A stretch of DNA of 63,804 bases, the filler included, from Octopus bimaculoides (taxonomy: Eukaryota), in assembly GCF_001194135.2 (NCBI RefSeq). It is 4 parts of 4 records of this genome, joined end to end, with 100 filler letters (N's around TTAATTAATTAA, not from the genome) between each part and the next. Parts side by side here need not be neighbours in the genome. Positions count along the whole stretch, not along the records: positions 57,018 to 63,804 come from NC_068983.1; 3 more parts are not named here. The stretch is one strand, 5' to 3'. Both the position numbers and the translations under genes were made by a program. The notes below the pieces were generated by a model. It saw nothing but the letters and a program-made list of their open reading frames with translations. It did not search any database and was not told the DNA's origin. Of this stretch, positions 62,400 to 63,804 are shown piece by piece (the stretch's first letter is position 1; every line of letters begins with the position of its first letter).

Positions 62400-63804
62400 T
62401 TAGGTCATTATCTTCCAAAGTAACTATCTTCAATTCCTGTCATGCCACCCAAGCGTTATCATTTTTGTATGAAAGACACTATAGACAATAAGAACCTTGT
62501 CGTCCGATCAACAAGTAGAACTAAATAAAGAGTAATATAGAAAGAGAGAGGGAGAGAGATACAGAGGGAGTGATACAAAAAGTGACACACAAATATATGA
62601 GGTGATAGAAAGAGACCGACATATGTAGAGAGACTAAGTGAGAGACTGTGAGAGAAAGAGAAACGAAAAGAAACTATAGCGTTGAAGATGATCTCAATTA
62701 AGTAAACATTCAAAATATTGATAAGCGAATTTATTTCTGGCATATATCTATCCATCCTCTACAATTTTTTATTGCATTTATTCATTATCTGTTTCGTTTG
62801 CTTAACTTATGCACAAATAAAATGTGTATTTCCTATTACAGCTTCTCTAATTGACGATGCAAATATATACATACATGTGTGTGTGTGTCTTTATGTATGT
62901 GCATATATATATATAAACATATTTGTATACATGTTTATGTGTAGTATAGGTATGTGTGTATATATANNNNNNNNNNNNNNNNNNNNNNNNNNNNNNNNNN
63001 NNNNNNNNNNNNNNNNNNNNNNNNNNNNNNNNNNNNNNNNNNNNNNNNNNNNNNNNNNNNNNNNNNNNNNNNNNNNNNNNNNNNNNNNNNNNNNNNNNNN
63101 NNNNNNNNNNNNNNNNNNNNNNNNNNNNNNNNNNNNNNNNNNNNNNNNNNNATATATATATATATATATATATATATATACGTAAGTATGTATGTATATA
63201 TCTCAGTAATGTCCGTATGTATGTCTTCCCCAACACTCGAATGTGCAAGAAAAGTTAGCAGACTTTTTTTCATTTCATCCTTCGTATCTTTAATTTCAAT
63301 TTTAAATTCCTAGGAGATATTTATCTGCGTTTTATTTCGAACGTTTATTGTTTCCAATATATTTGTCTAGGTTTGTCCACTTTCGTCTCAGCTTTCTTAT
63401 ATACCTATGTGGAAAATGTCTGTTATGAAGAAAATTCACAATGCGATAAATCTTATATAAATATATATTTACTTATTTATTTTCCTCGTAAAATTATATT
63501 ATTTAGGCTGATATCTTATTTTCAAATACTATCTTGAAAGATTTATCTACGGTTAACCTGGAAACGTAATGCACAATTTTACAGGAAGTCATATGGAATA
63601 TGTGATAAGACAAACACATTAAGAGGATGATTATATCATTAGATAAATGAAGATATTAGCAAAAGATCTCACGATCTTTTGGCGATTAAAATTTGTTTTA
63701 TGACGGTCAAGCTACTATGCAATCTAAAACTCTATGTATGAAATGCTAAATTATACCAAGTAACATTCTGGGACTGTTTCTAAACATGTGTGTGTGTGTG
63801 TGTG

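Overview
AT-rich, microsatellite-dense eukaryotic DNA with many N gaps. The SINE families and repeat landscape look like an Octopus (coleoid cephalopod) scaffold; this is recognition from memory, not a database hit. Most of the window is decayed mobile DNA: at least five tRNA-derived SINE types, LINE remnants (Tx1/L1-like, R4/Dong-like, RTE/BovB-like, CR1/L2-group), DNA transposon remnants (mariner, Merlin, hAT-like, Tc2/pogo-like and CACTA-like MITEs) and Penelope-like terminal-repeat debris. No complete host gene is recognisable, only low-confidence candidate exons (best at 58588-58702, +) and a candidate promoter/first exon near 36.5 kb (-). Nearly all long ORFs in the track are artefacts of gaps or microsatellites. 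The main observation is a tandem array of three minimal type I hammerhead-ribozyme motifs on the minus strand at about 14.76-15.45 kb, with retrozyme-like or Penelope pLTR-like architecture. The middle copy has an intact core, and its two helix defects are A-C mismatches. About eight more degenerate hammerhead-like motifs and several long foldback elements are dispersed through the window.
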